This document shows, in pieces, positions 1 to 8,968 of a stretch of 32,000 bases of DNA. Location: positions 2,460,001-2,492,000 of the forward strand of contig NC_008340.1 of the NCBI RefSeq assembly GCF_000014785.1, read 5' to 3'. The translations under genes and the position numbers were made by a program. The notes below the pieces were generated by a model. The model was not told where the DNA came from and made no database searches. It was given only the letters and a program-made list of their open reading frames with translations. Each line of letters opens with the position of its first letter. The first letter of the stretch is position 1. Source of the stretch: Alkalilimnicola ehrlichii MLHE-1 (GTDB lineage: Bacteria > Pseudomonadota > Gammaproteobacteria > Nitrococcales > Halorhodospiraceae).

Positions 1-170
1 ATACAAGAAGGGACTAGTTCTATTCTACGCATTGACTCGGTCGACACAAAACCGATGCGGGCACTGCCCAATTTCACCCCACGAGCACATAATAATAGTA
101 ATTGTGGAAAAACCCGCGGCTTGCTAAGCTTTCTATATAGTCTCACCCATCCCTGCCGGAGAACGTACCG
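1..170 (+). promoter_or_regulatory. AT-rich leader/putative promoter region upstream of flp
   Basis: Visibly AT-richer than the rest of the window. GGAG at 158-161 sits about 9 nt before the flp ATG at 171. No convincing -35/-10 or sigma-54 pair could be fixed by eye. Confidence 0.3.
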
Positions 171-356
171 ATGAAGAAGTTCCTGCTAAAGCTGTGGAAA
201 GACGAAGAGGGCGCCTCCGCCATCGAGTATGCCCTGATTGCGGCGATGGTGGCGGTTGCCCTTGTGGCGTTCGTCGGGCCGGTCCGCGACGCGATCACCG
301 GCATTTTTAACGACATCCTCAATGCCTTGACCGGTGCCAACGGCAATGGCGATTAA
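171..356 (+). CDS. flp: Flp family type IVb pilin
   Basis: 61 aa. Short basic leader, then the Flp motif ...EEG/ASAIEYALIAAMVAVALV (G-x-x-A-I-E-Y plus a hydrophobic helix). GGAG RBS upstream. TAATG overlap with the next gene. Confidence 0.9.
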   Translation: MKKFLLKLWKDEEGASAIEYALIAAMVAVALVAFVGPVRDAITGIFNDILNALTGANGNGD

Positions 357-856
357 TGATCTCCACCACCGCCATTGCGGTCTGGTGCAGCCTGACCGGG
401 TACTGGGATGCCCGCCATCGCCGCATCCCCAACCTGCTGACCCTCCCGGCCGCCCTGGCCGGGCTGGCCTACGCGGTGGTCACCCAGACCGCCGCGCTGG
501 GTGAGCTGCCCTGGGGCGCAGTGGCGGCAGGCGCCGCCATCGCCCTGGTGCTGACCCTGCCGGGCTTTGCCCTGGGCAAGCTGGGCGGCGGGGACGTCAA
601 GCTGCTGCTGGCGATTGGCCTGCTGGGGGGGCACCCGGCGGTACTGAGCAGTTTCGTGGTCGCGGCCTTTACGGTCACGGGCCTCTTCCTGGCGCTGATC
701 CTGGCCACCCGGCTGGCACCGTGGCCGGGCCTGCCCGGGCCCTTACGCTGTTCGCTTCAGCGCCTCCCCGGGCCGCGCGAGGCCCGGCTGCCCTTTGGCG
801 TCGGCCTGTGTGCCGGCCTGCTTGGCTATATCGTCTGGCTGACCTGGTTGCAATAA
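356..856 (+). CDS. cpaA: A24 family prepilin peptidase (CpaA/TadV type)
   Basis: 166 aa polytopic membrane protein with the two aspartate motifs (WDARHRRIPN and GGGDVKLL) typical of Flp prepilin peptidases. 1-nt overlap with flp. Confidence 0.8.
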   Translation: MISTTAIAVWCSLTGYWDARHRRIPNLLTLPAALAGLAYAVVTQTAALGELPWGAVAAGAAIALVLTLPGFALGKLGGGDVKLLLAIGLLGGHPAVLSSFVVAAFTVTGLFLALILATRLAPWPGLPGPLRCSLQRLPGPREARLPFGVGLCAGLLGYIVWLTWLQ

Positions 857-1025
857 CCGGCGACGCGGCGATTAACCGCAGCCAAATGAAATAGACCATC
901 GGTGCGTCAAATCACCACAGCGAAGCCGTCCATGCCCGCCCGCACTACCAAAACGGATGCCTGCGACAATTAGCCACGCAGATTGTGCGCCCGTCGCCCC
1001 TGAGCCAGCGTTTCTCCCGCCCGAT

Positions 1026-2309
1026 TCACCGCTCCCGCAAGGCCTCCCGCGCCCGGTTAAAGGGCTTTATAATATACTGCAAGACCGTGCGCTGGCCGGT
1101 CTCGATATCCACCTCCGCCACCATGCCGGGGGAGATGGGGAAACGCTGACCGTTCTCCACCACCAGCTCATCGCTGTCGGTGTGAATGAAGACCTTGTAA
1201 TAGACCTCCTCGGGGTTGATCTCGTCGCGCTCGGTATCGGGTGAGATGTTCACCACCTCGCCCTCCAAGCCGCCGTAGATAGCGTAATCGTAGGCCGTGA
1301 TCTTCACCTGGGCGCGCTGACCGGGGTGGATGTAGGCGATGTCCCGGGGCGAGATGCGGGCCTCGATCCGCAACTCCCCGTCCTGGGGCACGATCTCCAT
1401 CAACTCGCCGTTGGGAGCCAGCACGCCGCCGATGGTGGTGACCGCCAGGTTCTGCACCCGGCCGCGCACCGGCGAGCGCAGGGTCTGGCGCTGACGGGTG
1501 TCCTCGTGACCGCGCAGGCTGGAGCGCAACGCCTCCACCTCGGTGCGGGTCTCTGCCAGGTCCTGGCGCGCGCGCACCCGGAACTCGTTACGCAATTGAT
1601 TCAACTCCCGGCGCAAATCCGCCTCGGAGCGGCGCAGCTGCAGCAACTCCACCTCGCTCGCCGCACCCGCACGGACCAGCTCCTCGGTGATCGAGCGTTC
1701 GTTACCGACCAGCTGCAGCGATGTCCGGATGTCCTGCTCAGTGCGCTCCAGATGCGCACGGCGCGCCTCGAACAGGGTTCGCTCGGCGGCCACCACCTCC
1801 GAGGCGAGGTCCAGCTCTTCGGGAAACCGGATCTCGCCCTCACCGGCCAGTTCCGCCTCCAGCCGCGCCTTTCGCGCCAGCGCCCCCTGGTAGCGGGCGA
1901 TCACCTCGTCCATGTCGGCCTGGGTGCGGGTCGGGTCCAGGCGCGCCAGCGGTTGCCCCGGCTCCACCATCTCCCCCTCGGCCACCAGCAGCTCCTGGAG
2001 GATCCCGCCCTCCAGGGACTGGATCACCTGGGTGCCGCGGCTGGGTACCACCGTCGCCTGGCCACTGGAGACCTCGGCCAGTTCCGCCCAATAGGCCCAG
2101 ACGACAAAGGCACCCACAAACAGGCCCACCAGACCGATAAAACGCCCGATCCGCCGGGCCACCCTTGCGTCCTCCGCCGGCTCCAAGCCGCCGATGCCAC
2201 CCGACCAGGCCGGTGCCGAAGCGCCGGCTGCGCGATCCGGACCATGCCAGAGCCGGGCCAGGGCCCAGCGCCAGAGCGGCCGTTTCCCGGTTACCGCGCC
2301 CTCATGCAT
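1026..2309 (-). CDS. HlyD family type I secretion periplasmic adaptor (MFP)
   Basis: N-terminal TM anchor (IGLVGLFVGAFVVWAYWA), a long coiled-coil region, and a C-terminal beta-barrel motif (GMVAEVDIETGQRTVLQYIIKP). The track ORF runs to 2411. The ATG at 2309 overlaps the ABC gene stop (ATGCATGA). An ATG at 2330 is an alternative start. Confidence 0.9.
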   Translation of the reverse strand: MHEGAVTGKRPLWRWALARLWHGPDRAAGASAPAWSGGIGGLEPAEDARVARRIGRFIGLVGLFVGAFVVWAYWAELAEVSSGQATVVPSRGTQVIQSLEGGILQELLVAEGEMVEPGQPLARLDPTRTQADMDEVIARYQGALARKARLEAELAGEGEIRFPEELDLASEVVAAERTLFEARRAHLERTEQDIRTSLQLVGNERSITEELVRAGAASEVELLQLRRSEADLRRELNQLRNEFRVRARQDLAETRTEVEALRSSLRGHEDTRQRQTLRSPVRGRVQNLAVTTIGGVLAPNGELMEIVPQDGELRIEARISPRDIAYIHPGQRAQVKITAYDYAIYGGLEGEVVNISPDTERDEINPEEVYYKVFIHTDSDELVVENGQRFPISPGMVAEVDIETGQRTVLQYIIKPFNRAREALRER

Positions 2310-4491
2310 GACGACGCCTTTCCCTGCCATTGTCGTTGGTTTGCCCGGCCAGGCGCCGCAGGGCCCGGTCCCGGGTGTCATCCAATACCACCCGCCCGCC
2401 ATCGACGACAATCACCCGGTCCACCAGCCGCAGGACATTGCGCCGGTGGGTGGCGACCACCAGGGTGCGGCCCCGGGCGAATTCATCCAGATGGTCGATG
2501 ACCCGCCGCTCCGCGCTGTCGTCCAGCGCCGTGGTCGGCTCATCCAACAGGAGGATGCGTGGCTCGCGCAGCAGCAACCGGGCCACCAGCAGCAACTGGC
2601 GCTGCCCGCCGGACAGCCCCTGCCCCCCCTCCTTGACGGTGTGATCCAGGCCGTTGGGCAGGTTCTGGAAGACCTCCTCGCCGCCCACCGCCCGCAGGGC
2701 CGCCAGCAACGCCTCGTCGCTGGCCCGCGGCGCGCCCAGCAGCAGGTTGTCGCGGACCGTGCCATAAAACAGGCGGGCCTGCTGGGTCAGCACCCCCACG
2801 TCACGGCGCACATCGGCCGGGTCGAGCTGGCCCAGGCGCACACCGTCCAGGCGCAGCTCGCCCTCGGCCGGCTCGAGCAGCCCGGAGAGCGCCTGGATCA
2901 GGGTGGACTTGCCCGCACCGTTCCGCCCCACCAGGCCGACCCGCTCACCCGGCTCGATCCGTAACCGCGCCACCTCCAGCGCGGTGCCGGCGTCATCCGC
3001 GCTGTAGCGGAAGGCCGCCTTTTCCAGCCGATAGGCCCCCTCCAGCGCCACCCGATGGACCCGGCGGGCCTCCTCCGGGTGGTCCACCGGGCGTTGCATG
3101 ATCTGGTCCAGCCCCTGCAACGCCACGCGCGCATGCTGCCAGCGGCTCAGTACCTGATTCAGCTGACCCATGGGCGCCAGCATGCGCGAGGCGAGGATGG
3201 AGGCGGCCACCAGGGTACCGGTGGTCAGGTCGCCCGCCATTACCATCGGGGCCCCGAAGAGGACGACCACGGCGAAGGAGCCGGTCTGCACCGTCTGCGC
3301 CCAGGCGGTCAGGGAATTGGTGAGAAAGCGCAGCCGCAGGTTGACGTCGGTGGTGACGCCGTTGAAGTGGTTCCACTGGTTCTGAAACCGCGGCTCGGCC
3401 TGCAGGGTCTTGATATCGTCCAGCCCCTGCACCGACTCCACCAGCATGGCGTTGCGCAGGGAGGACTCGCGGATGGCCTCACGGGCCAACCGGTGCAGCC
3501 GCCCCTGGGCCAGCAGCCCCGGCACCACCAGCACCAGCAACGCCACCAGCGGGATGAGCACCAGGCTCCCGGCCACGTACCAGAAGACCGCCAGAAAGAG
3601 CAGAAAGAAGGGCAGATCCGCCAGCACCGAGACGGTGGTGGAGGTCATGAAGTCGCGGACCCGGTCCAGCTCCCGAAGCTGGGAGATGAAGGTGCCGGTG
3701 GAGCCCGGCCGCTGGGTGTTCTTTATGCGCAGGGCATGGCCGAAGACCCGGTCGGAGATGCGCAGATCCGCCCGCTTGCCCAGCAGGTCGATCAGACTGA
3801 CCCGCGCCACCCGCATGGACAGCTCGAACAGCAGCGCCAGCAGGACCCCGCTGAACAGGACATAGAGGGTGGGCAGCGAGCCGACCGGGATCACCCGATC
3901 GTAGACCTGCATGGCGAATATGAGCCCCGCCAGGGCCAGGGTGTTCGCCAACAGGGAGGCGAGCATCACGTGGCCGTAGGGCCGGATCCGGTCGAAGATG
4001 ATGGAACGGAACCAGTGTGGGCGGTAGGGCTGGATATACTCGTCGATCCGCGGGTCGGCGGCGTTGCGGGCCGGGCGGGGGACCAGGACCCGCACCACCC
4101 CCTCGCGCAACTGGGCGACAGAGACCGGCGTGGGCAGGCCGCCCTCGCCGGAGAACGCCACCTGCCAACCCCGTCCATCCCGGCTGCGCCCCTCCAGCAC
4201 CCCGACCCGCCCGTCGGCGAAGGCGAGCACCAGCGGCAGGCGCCAGGGCGACAACCGCTCCCAGTCCGGCGCCTCGTCGTGGGCGTGCAGCTTCAGCCCG
4301 AGCTGCCCGGCCATCCGCGCCAGCAGCCGGTCGGGATCCGCCCGATCCGCCTCCCAGGCGCTGGCCACGCGGACATTCTGCTCCGAGAAGTTGCAGTCGT
4401 AGGCCCGGGCGACGTATAGAAACGCCTCCAGCCAGGCGTCCGGGTCAATACCCGGCCGGGCCTGTTCGGAATCTGCGGCGACGGTTGTCAT
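2302..4491 (-). CDS. Type I secretion system permease/ATPase (LssB/LapB-like, with N-terminal C39-like domain)
   Basis: 729 aa. Walker A GRNGAGKST, signature LSGGQRQ, Walker B ILLLDEPT, six-TM exporter domain and an N-terminal peptidase-C39-like region. ATGA overlap with the tolC-like stop. Confidence 0.92.
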   Translation of the reverse strand: MTTVAADSEQARPGIDPDAWLEAFLYVARAYDCNFSEQNVRVASAWEADRADPDRLLARMAGQLGLKLHAHDEAPDWERLSPWRLPLVLAFADGRVGVLEGRSRDGRGWQVAFSGEGGLPTPVSVAQLREGVVRVLVPRPARNAADPRIDEYIQPYRPHWFRSIIFDRIRPYGHVMLASLLANTLALAGLIFAMQVYDRVIPVGSLPTLYVLFSGVLLALLFELSMRVARVSLIDLLGKRADLRISDRVFGHALRIKNTQRPGSTGTFISQLRELDRVRDFMTSTTVSVLADLPFFLLFLAVFWYVAGSLVLIPLVALLVLVVPGLLAQGRLHRLAREAIRESSLRNAMLVESVQGLDDIKTLQAEPRFQNQWNHFNGVTTDVNLRLRFLTNSLTAWAQTVQTGSFAVVVLFGAPMVMAGDLTTGTLVAASILASRMLAPMGQLNQVLSRWQHARVALQGLDQIMQRPVDHPEEARRVHRVALEGAYRLEKAAFRYSADDAGTALEVARLRIEPGERVGLVGRNGAGKSTLIQALSGLLEPAEGELRLDGVRLGQLDPADVRRDVGVLTQQARLFYGTVRDNLLLGAPRASDEALLAALRAVGGEEVFQNLPNGLDHTVKEGGQGLSGGQRQLLLVARLLLREPRILLLDEPTTALDDSAERRVIDHLDEFARGRTLVVATHRRNVLRLVDRVIVVDGGRVVLDDTRDRALRRLAGQTNDNGRERRRHA

Positions 4492-5870
4492 AACGGCAGA
4501 TCAATCGCCTCCGGCCGACGGTCATCCAGCTCGAAGGTGACCCCGAGGGCCCCCACGGCACTCAGGCAGTCCACCTGGCGAGCTTTCTGATCGTGGCGTA
4601 AATCCAACTGGTCGAAACGGGCCTGGAAGTAGTCCTGCTCCACATCCAGCAGGTTCATCAGCGACCGCGTGCCCGCCCGCAGGTACTGCGACTGGTGCAG
4701 ATCGCGAAGTTCGTCCAGGGTTTCGATCCGGCGCGCCAGGACACCCATGCGCTCCGCCAGCGCCGCCGCCTGTTCAGCGGCCTGTTGCAGCCGTTGATCG
4801 GCGTCCAGGCGGGCGCCGGCCGCCGCTGCTTCGGCGGCGGCCAGTCGGTGGCGGCTGGCCGACTGCCCGGCCCGGTTGCGGCCGCCGGCGAACAGATCGG
4901 CGCGGACGTTCAGCAGCACGCTGGTCTCCGTCTGATTGGGGACGTCGCTGTCGAAGAAGCGGTCCGAGGTCACATCCAGGCTCAGGGTCGGGAACCGGGC
5001 CGCCCGCGCCGCCTTGACCCCCGCCCGCGCCTCGGCACTGCGCGCGGCGGCCGCCTGCAACTCCGGCAGGTGGTCGATGTCCTCCACGTCCACCCGGTCG
5101 CAGGCCCCGGCCAGTTGCGCCGGCGGTTCGGCCCGGTGGGCCACCGTGTAGCGGCCGGGCACCAGGCGGCGCAGCGCCCGTCTGGCGTCGGCCAGTTGGG
5201 TCGCGACCTGCGCCCGGGTCAGGCGGGCGGCGTCCACCCGGGCCGCCACCTCCCGTTCGTCGGACCGGGTGCTGGCACCCATTGCCGCGCGACGCTGGAT
5301 CAGCCCCTCAAGCCGACTCATGGCGGCCACCTGCTCCTCCGCCACCACCAGCAGGGCCTGGTAGCGCTGCACCTGGATGAAGGCGTGGGCGGCGTCCGCG
5401 GCCACATCCTCCACGGTCTGCTGCCACTCGGCCCGGGCCGCCACCTCGCCGGCGCGGGCACCGTCCACCCGTCCCCCCACCTCGCCAAAGTCGTAGAGCC
5501 GCTGAGACGCGGTAACGCTGGCCACCGGCACGTGGCGGTTCAGGGTGCTGTTGAATTCGCTGCGGGTGCTGGCGGAGACCTGTGGCCACCGGTCGGCCCG
5601 CGCCATGTCCACCTCGTCGCCACGCCGGGCCAGCTCGGCCCGGGCCTCGGCCACGCGCGGGTCATGCCCTACGGCCGCCTTCAGGGCATCGGGCAGCACC
5701 AGCTCGGGCCCATCGGCGGGCGCTTCGGCCCCGAGACCGGCCGAGCCCGGGCTCGCCACCAGGGCATCCCCGGCGGCGGCCGGCGGCACCATACCGCCGG
5801 CCGCCAGCCCGCCCAGGCCGGCGGCAAGAGATAGCGCCACCGCCCGGTGTGGGTAGCGGCGCCCCATCAC
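4488..5870 (-). CDS. TolC family type I secretion outer membrane protein
   Basis: Signal peptide, then two repeated OEP-type helical halves (LRRA..., QYLRAGTRSLMNLLDVEQDYFQAR). The first codon at 5870 is GTG and the next, at 5867, is ATG; either start overlaps the substrate gene stop. Confidence 0.88.
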   Translation of the reverse strand: MMGRRYPHRAVALSLAAGLGGLAAGGMVPPAAAGDALVASPGSAGLGAEAPADGPELVLPDALKAAVGHDPRVAEARAELARRGDEVDMARADRWPQVSASTRSEFNSTLNRHVPVASVTASQRLYDFGEVGGRVDGARAGEVAARAEWQQTVEDVAADAAHAFIQVQRYQALLVVAEEQVAAMSRLEGLIQRRAAMGASTRSDEREVAARVDAARLTRAQVATQLADARRALRRLVPGRYTVAHRAEPPAQLAGACDRVDVEDIDHLPELQAAAARSAEARAGVKAARAARFPTLSLDVTSDRFFDSDVPNQTETSVLLNVRADLFAGGRNRAGQSASRHRLAAAEAAAAGARLDADQRLQQAAEQAAALAERMGVLARRIETLDELRDLHQSQYLRAGTRSLMNLLDVEQDYFQARFDQLDLRHDQKARQVDCLSAVGALGVTFELDDRRPEAIDLPL

Positions 5871-7792
5871 GCGAGGGGCAGGTTCGACGAATCGTCATCA
5901 TTGGCGAAGGTGCCTTCCGCCTCCACGGCGATCCCATCGGCCGCTGCAGCGCCACCACCCTCAACCGTCGCCCCCTCGGCAGCGCCGGCCGGCACAATGG
6001 CCGGCTCGTCCGCCTGCAGGACGTCCGCCTCGGCGGGCAGCGGTTCGTCGCTGGCCGACACCAGGGATTCCGGATCGTCGTTCAACTCGTCGAGCCCGGC
6101 CATGGCGACCGCACCGCCCACCGTGTCAGCCCCCATGCCCTCGAGCTCCGGCGGAATCTCATCCAGCTCACCGCCGATACCGAAGGCGAGTTCCGCCTCC
6201 GGGCTCTCCTCGTCGCCCCGCACCAGCTTGTAGGTGAAGGACTCCCGCTCACCGTAGGCGTCCCGGTCCTCGTTCACCTGATAGCTGTAACTGCCGTCCG
6301 CCTGCATGGTGAGCTCGCCCCACTGGCCGGCGATGGTGGTCTCACTCTCCACCGCCTGCCAGTCACCCTGGCCATTCTTCACCCAGACGGTGGGCGGCTC
6401 ATCGCCGGCGACAATATCGGGCCGGCCGGCCGCACCGACGTCGGTGATGATATTACCCGGCACTTGGTCGGCACCAACCAGCTCCAAGCTGTCGAGCAGG
6501 TCCTGATCGAGGTTGCCCTCGAGCAGATCCTTAAGCAGGGCCTCGTTGAAGAGGTCGACCCGGATATCGCTCAATTGATGGCTGGAGCTCAGCAGCCCGC
6601 CGTCACCCCCGTTGCGGTGAAGGATGAGCTGGTAGCTCCCTTCGGGGATCGCCGTCTCACTGATATCCAGGTCCGGACTGAGCAGCCCCAGCAGGTCAAG
6701 CCCCAACAATCCGCCATTGTGTTTGGTGCTGCTGATGACATCGCCGGTAGCGACGTCGACCATGTCGATTTCGTAGCCGCTATCCAGCAGCGCCAGCAGC
6801 CCCCCGCTGCTGGCCGTAAAGGAGATCGCGCCGACTTGGCCCTCCCCTACCGTGAAAATCTCGGATTCGGCCCTGGCCTCCCCCCCGAGAAGCCCACCCT
6901 GGAGGACAACGTCGTCCAGCTCCAGGGAGTCCTCCAGGAGGTCCTCCAGATCATCGATGCCGAACTTCAGGTTGGCCGCCGCCACGTCGTCGAAGGGCCA
7001 CAACGAAGGCACCTCCAGGCCCACCTGCGGCGAGACATTACCCTCGCCATCGGTCACCGACACATAACCGTTAAAGGCCGCCAGGTTGTCGTCCTCTGAA
7101 AAGTGGTCATCCCATTCGATGCCGGATTCCAGATTGTCTTTCAGCCATTCCGGCGTCAGCGACCACTGCCCGCCGTCCACGGCCCCTGAGGCCAGCAGGG
7201 TCTCGCCGTCTTCCGCCCAGACCTGCACCTCTTCCGCGTCATCGGAGGCGGTCCCGGCAACGGCCAGCGGGGTATTCTCGGTGATCTCCACCACCAGCCC
7301 CACGTCCCCATTGTCGTCGTCATCGTCATCGTCCGGGGGACCGTCATCGCTAGAGGAGGATGAACTGCTGCCCGCGGCGGCGGCCAGGGCCGCCGCACCC
7401 AGGAGCCCGGCCAGGGCCGCCGCGCCCAGGCCGCCGCCATCGTCGGCCACCAGGTCATCCACCGTGTTGATCTCGGCAAAGGCGAACTCCGACCAGGGGG
7501 TCTCGTACTGCCCCCACCAGAGCACCCCGCTGGAGTCTTCCAGCACCAGTTCGTTGCGCGCCACGCCTTCGGCGTCGAAAAAGCCCGGGATGATGACTTC
7601 CTCGCCGGTGGCGAGGGTCAGCACCAGATCCCCGGCGCGGTTGTCGAAGCCGGCCACCTGCTCCGGCCCCACCGGCAGTTTGACGACCGTGTTCTCCATG
7701 GGCTCCAGGGAACCCAGCGGTACCTCCGTGACCCGGCCGCTCTCCTTGTCCACCAACGTGATCGAATCGGAACCCCGCATATTGACCCCCAT
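5867..7792 (-). CDS. Acidic secreted T1SS substrate with BapA/LapF-type N-terminal prefix domain
   Basis: N-terminus (...VVKLPVGPEQVAGFDNRAGDLVLTLATGEEVIIPGFF...ELVLEDSSGVLWW) matches the BapA prefix-like domain pattern. A VCBS-like motif (GQWGELTMQADGSYSYQV...FTYKLV) follows. The protein is very acidic, has no Cys, and has an acidic C-terminal tail. It is first gene of the T1SS operon. An alternative ATG at 7780 has a better G-rich RBS. Confidence 0.75.
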   Translation of the reverse strand: MGVNMRGSDSITLVDKESGRVTEVPLGSLEPMENTVVKLPVGPEQVAGFDNRAGDLVLTLATGEEVIIPGFFDAEGVARNELVLEDSSGVLWWGQYETPWSEFAFAEINTVDDLVADDGGGLGAAALAGLLGAAALAAAAGSSSSSSSDDGPPDDDDDDDNGDVGLVVEITENTPLAVAGTASDDAEEVQVWAEDGETLLASGAVDGGQWSLTPEWLKDNLESGIEWDDHFSEDDNLAAFNGYVSVTDGEGNVSPQVGLEVPSLWPFDDVAAANLKFGIDDLEDLLEDSLELDDVVLQGGLLGGEARAESEIFTVGEGQVGAISFTASSGGLLALLDSGYEIDMVDVATGDVISSTKHNGGLLGLDLLGLLSPDLDISETAIPEGSYQLILHRNGGDGGLLSSSHQLSDIRVDLFNEALLKDLLEGNLDQDLLDSLELVGADQVPGNIITDVGAAGRPDIVAGDEPPTVWVKNGQGDWQAVESETTIAGQWGELTMQADGSYSYQVNEDRDAYGERESFTYKLVRGDEESPEAELAFGIGGELDEIPPELEGMGADTVGGAVAMAGLDELNDDPESLVSASDEPLPAEADVLQADEPAIVPAGAAEGATVEGGGAAAADGIAVEAEGTFANDDDSSNLPLA

Positions 7793-7893
7793 GCAATTAC
7801 AACCGCCGGATGATTATCCCGCGGACAATGGTTTATACCCGCCGGTGTGCGCCTGCCCTCCCTGGGTATCGCCCACACCGCTAGCTGATGCCG

Positions 7894-8724
7894 CTACCGT
7901 TCGTCGTTGCCACGCTCCAACACCTGCACCTCCACCCGGCGGTTGGGCGACAGGCAGGCAATAAGCGCCGGCGTGGCCCGGTCGCCCTCGCAGAAGACCA
8001 CCGGCTCGGCTTCTCCCCGCCCCTGTGCGACCACGTCGCGGCGGGAGAACCCATTCTTGAGGAGTGCGTCCATAACCGCGTCAGCGCGGCGCTCGGACAA
8101 GCGCTGGTTATACCCAGGATCGCCAATGCGGTCGGTGTGACCGACGATCACCACCAGCGGATCAATGAATTCCTTCTGAAGGCCTGCCGCCACCTCGCGG
8201 ATGGTGTCCTGCCCCTCGGCACGCAGCACGGCGCTGTCGAAGTCGAAGAGCACGTCCGTCGACAGGGTCCGGTACACGACCCGCTCGACCTCAACCGTGC
8301 GCTCCCGCGCGAGGTTTTCGGCCATGATCTCGCAGAGCAGGCGACGCCACTGATAACCGGACACCCGCCCCCAGTGATCGAACTGGACCTTGTACTGGCA
8401 GACCACCACGTCGTCACTGCGGGGGAAGGGCAGATTGAAGTCGTAAAACCAGACCGGATTGCCGGCCACCTGCCGCCGGTCGGCGGGCTCACCAATGGCA
8501 TCGCGCACTTCGTCGCGGGTCAGCCCCTCGCTGATCTGTTCCAGGCCCAGTGGATCGGCCGAGCGGCCGTAGCGGAGGAGCCCCTCCTCCATATCAACCA
8601 GAGAGACCTCCAGATCCGGAAACAGGGGCGCGTCACCCCGCTCCCCCGCAAAGGCCACCGCCCCCCCAACGTTTATACAGACCGAGAGGAGGACAACAAA
8701 ACTGTATAATGTGATCCTGTTCAT
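7894..8724 (-). CDS. OmpA family protein (signal peptide, BamE/SmpA-like segment, C-terminal OmpA peptidoglycan-binding domain)
   Basis: C-terminal VGHTDRIGDPGYNQRLSERRADAV...NRRVEV is the OmpA-like domain signature. N-terminal hydrophobic signal sequence. Confidence 0.85.
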   Translation of the reverse strand: MNRITLYSFVVLLSVCINVGGAVAFAGERGDAPLFPDLEVSLVDMEEGLLRYGRSADPLGLEQISEGLTRDEVRDAIGEPADRRQVAGNPVWFYDFNLPFPRSDDVVVCQYKVQFDHWGRVSGYQWRRLLCEIMAENLARERTVEVERVVYRTLSTDVLFDFDSAVLRAEGQDTIREVAAGLQKEFIDPLVVIVGHTDRIGDPGYNQRLSERRADAVMDALLKNGFSRRDVVAQGRGEAEPVVFCEGDRATPALIACLSPNRRVEVQVLERGNDER

Positions 8725-8968
8725 CCCTGCTTTTCACCATTATTCAGCGCCATATTGAACAGGGAGATTATCCGCAGGTATCTACCGGGTACACACCTAA
8801 AATAGTAATAATCGATTGCTACTAACCCTCGCAGACTACCCCTTGTTTGGTTGTGGCCGATGGGTCGCGACTTTACAATAGCCCACGCTGCATGATGCCC
8901 GCGCCCACGGTCGAGAGCCTGTATTAGCCGCTCCATGACCTGCGAGACCACCTCCGGGGAGAACGGAA

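Noticed and set aside
1326-7099. Long plus-strand ORFs (1326-2501, 3055-4419, 4695-5834, 5582-7099) opposite the T1SS genes
   Set aside because: Their translations are Arg/Pro/Gly/Ala-rich and low in complexity, with no recognisable motifs. The opposite strand carries clear HlyD/ABC/TolC/BapA-prefix signatures. These are typical shadow ORFs of high-GC DNA.
5867-7792. RTX toxin call for the T1SS substrate
   Set aside because: No canonical GGxGxDxUx nonapeptide repeats were found. The N-terminal BapA-prefix pattern fits adhesin-type cargo better.
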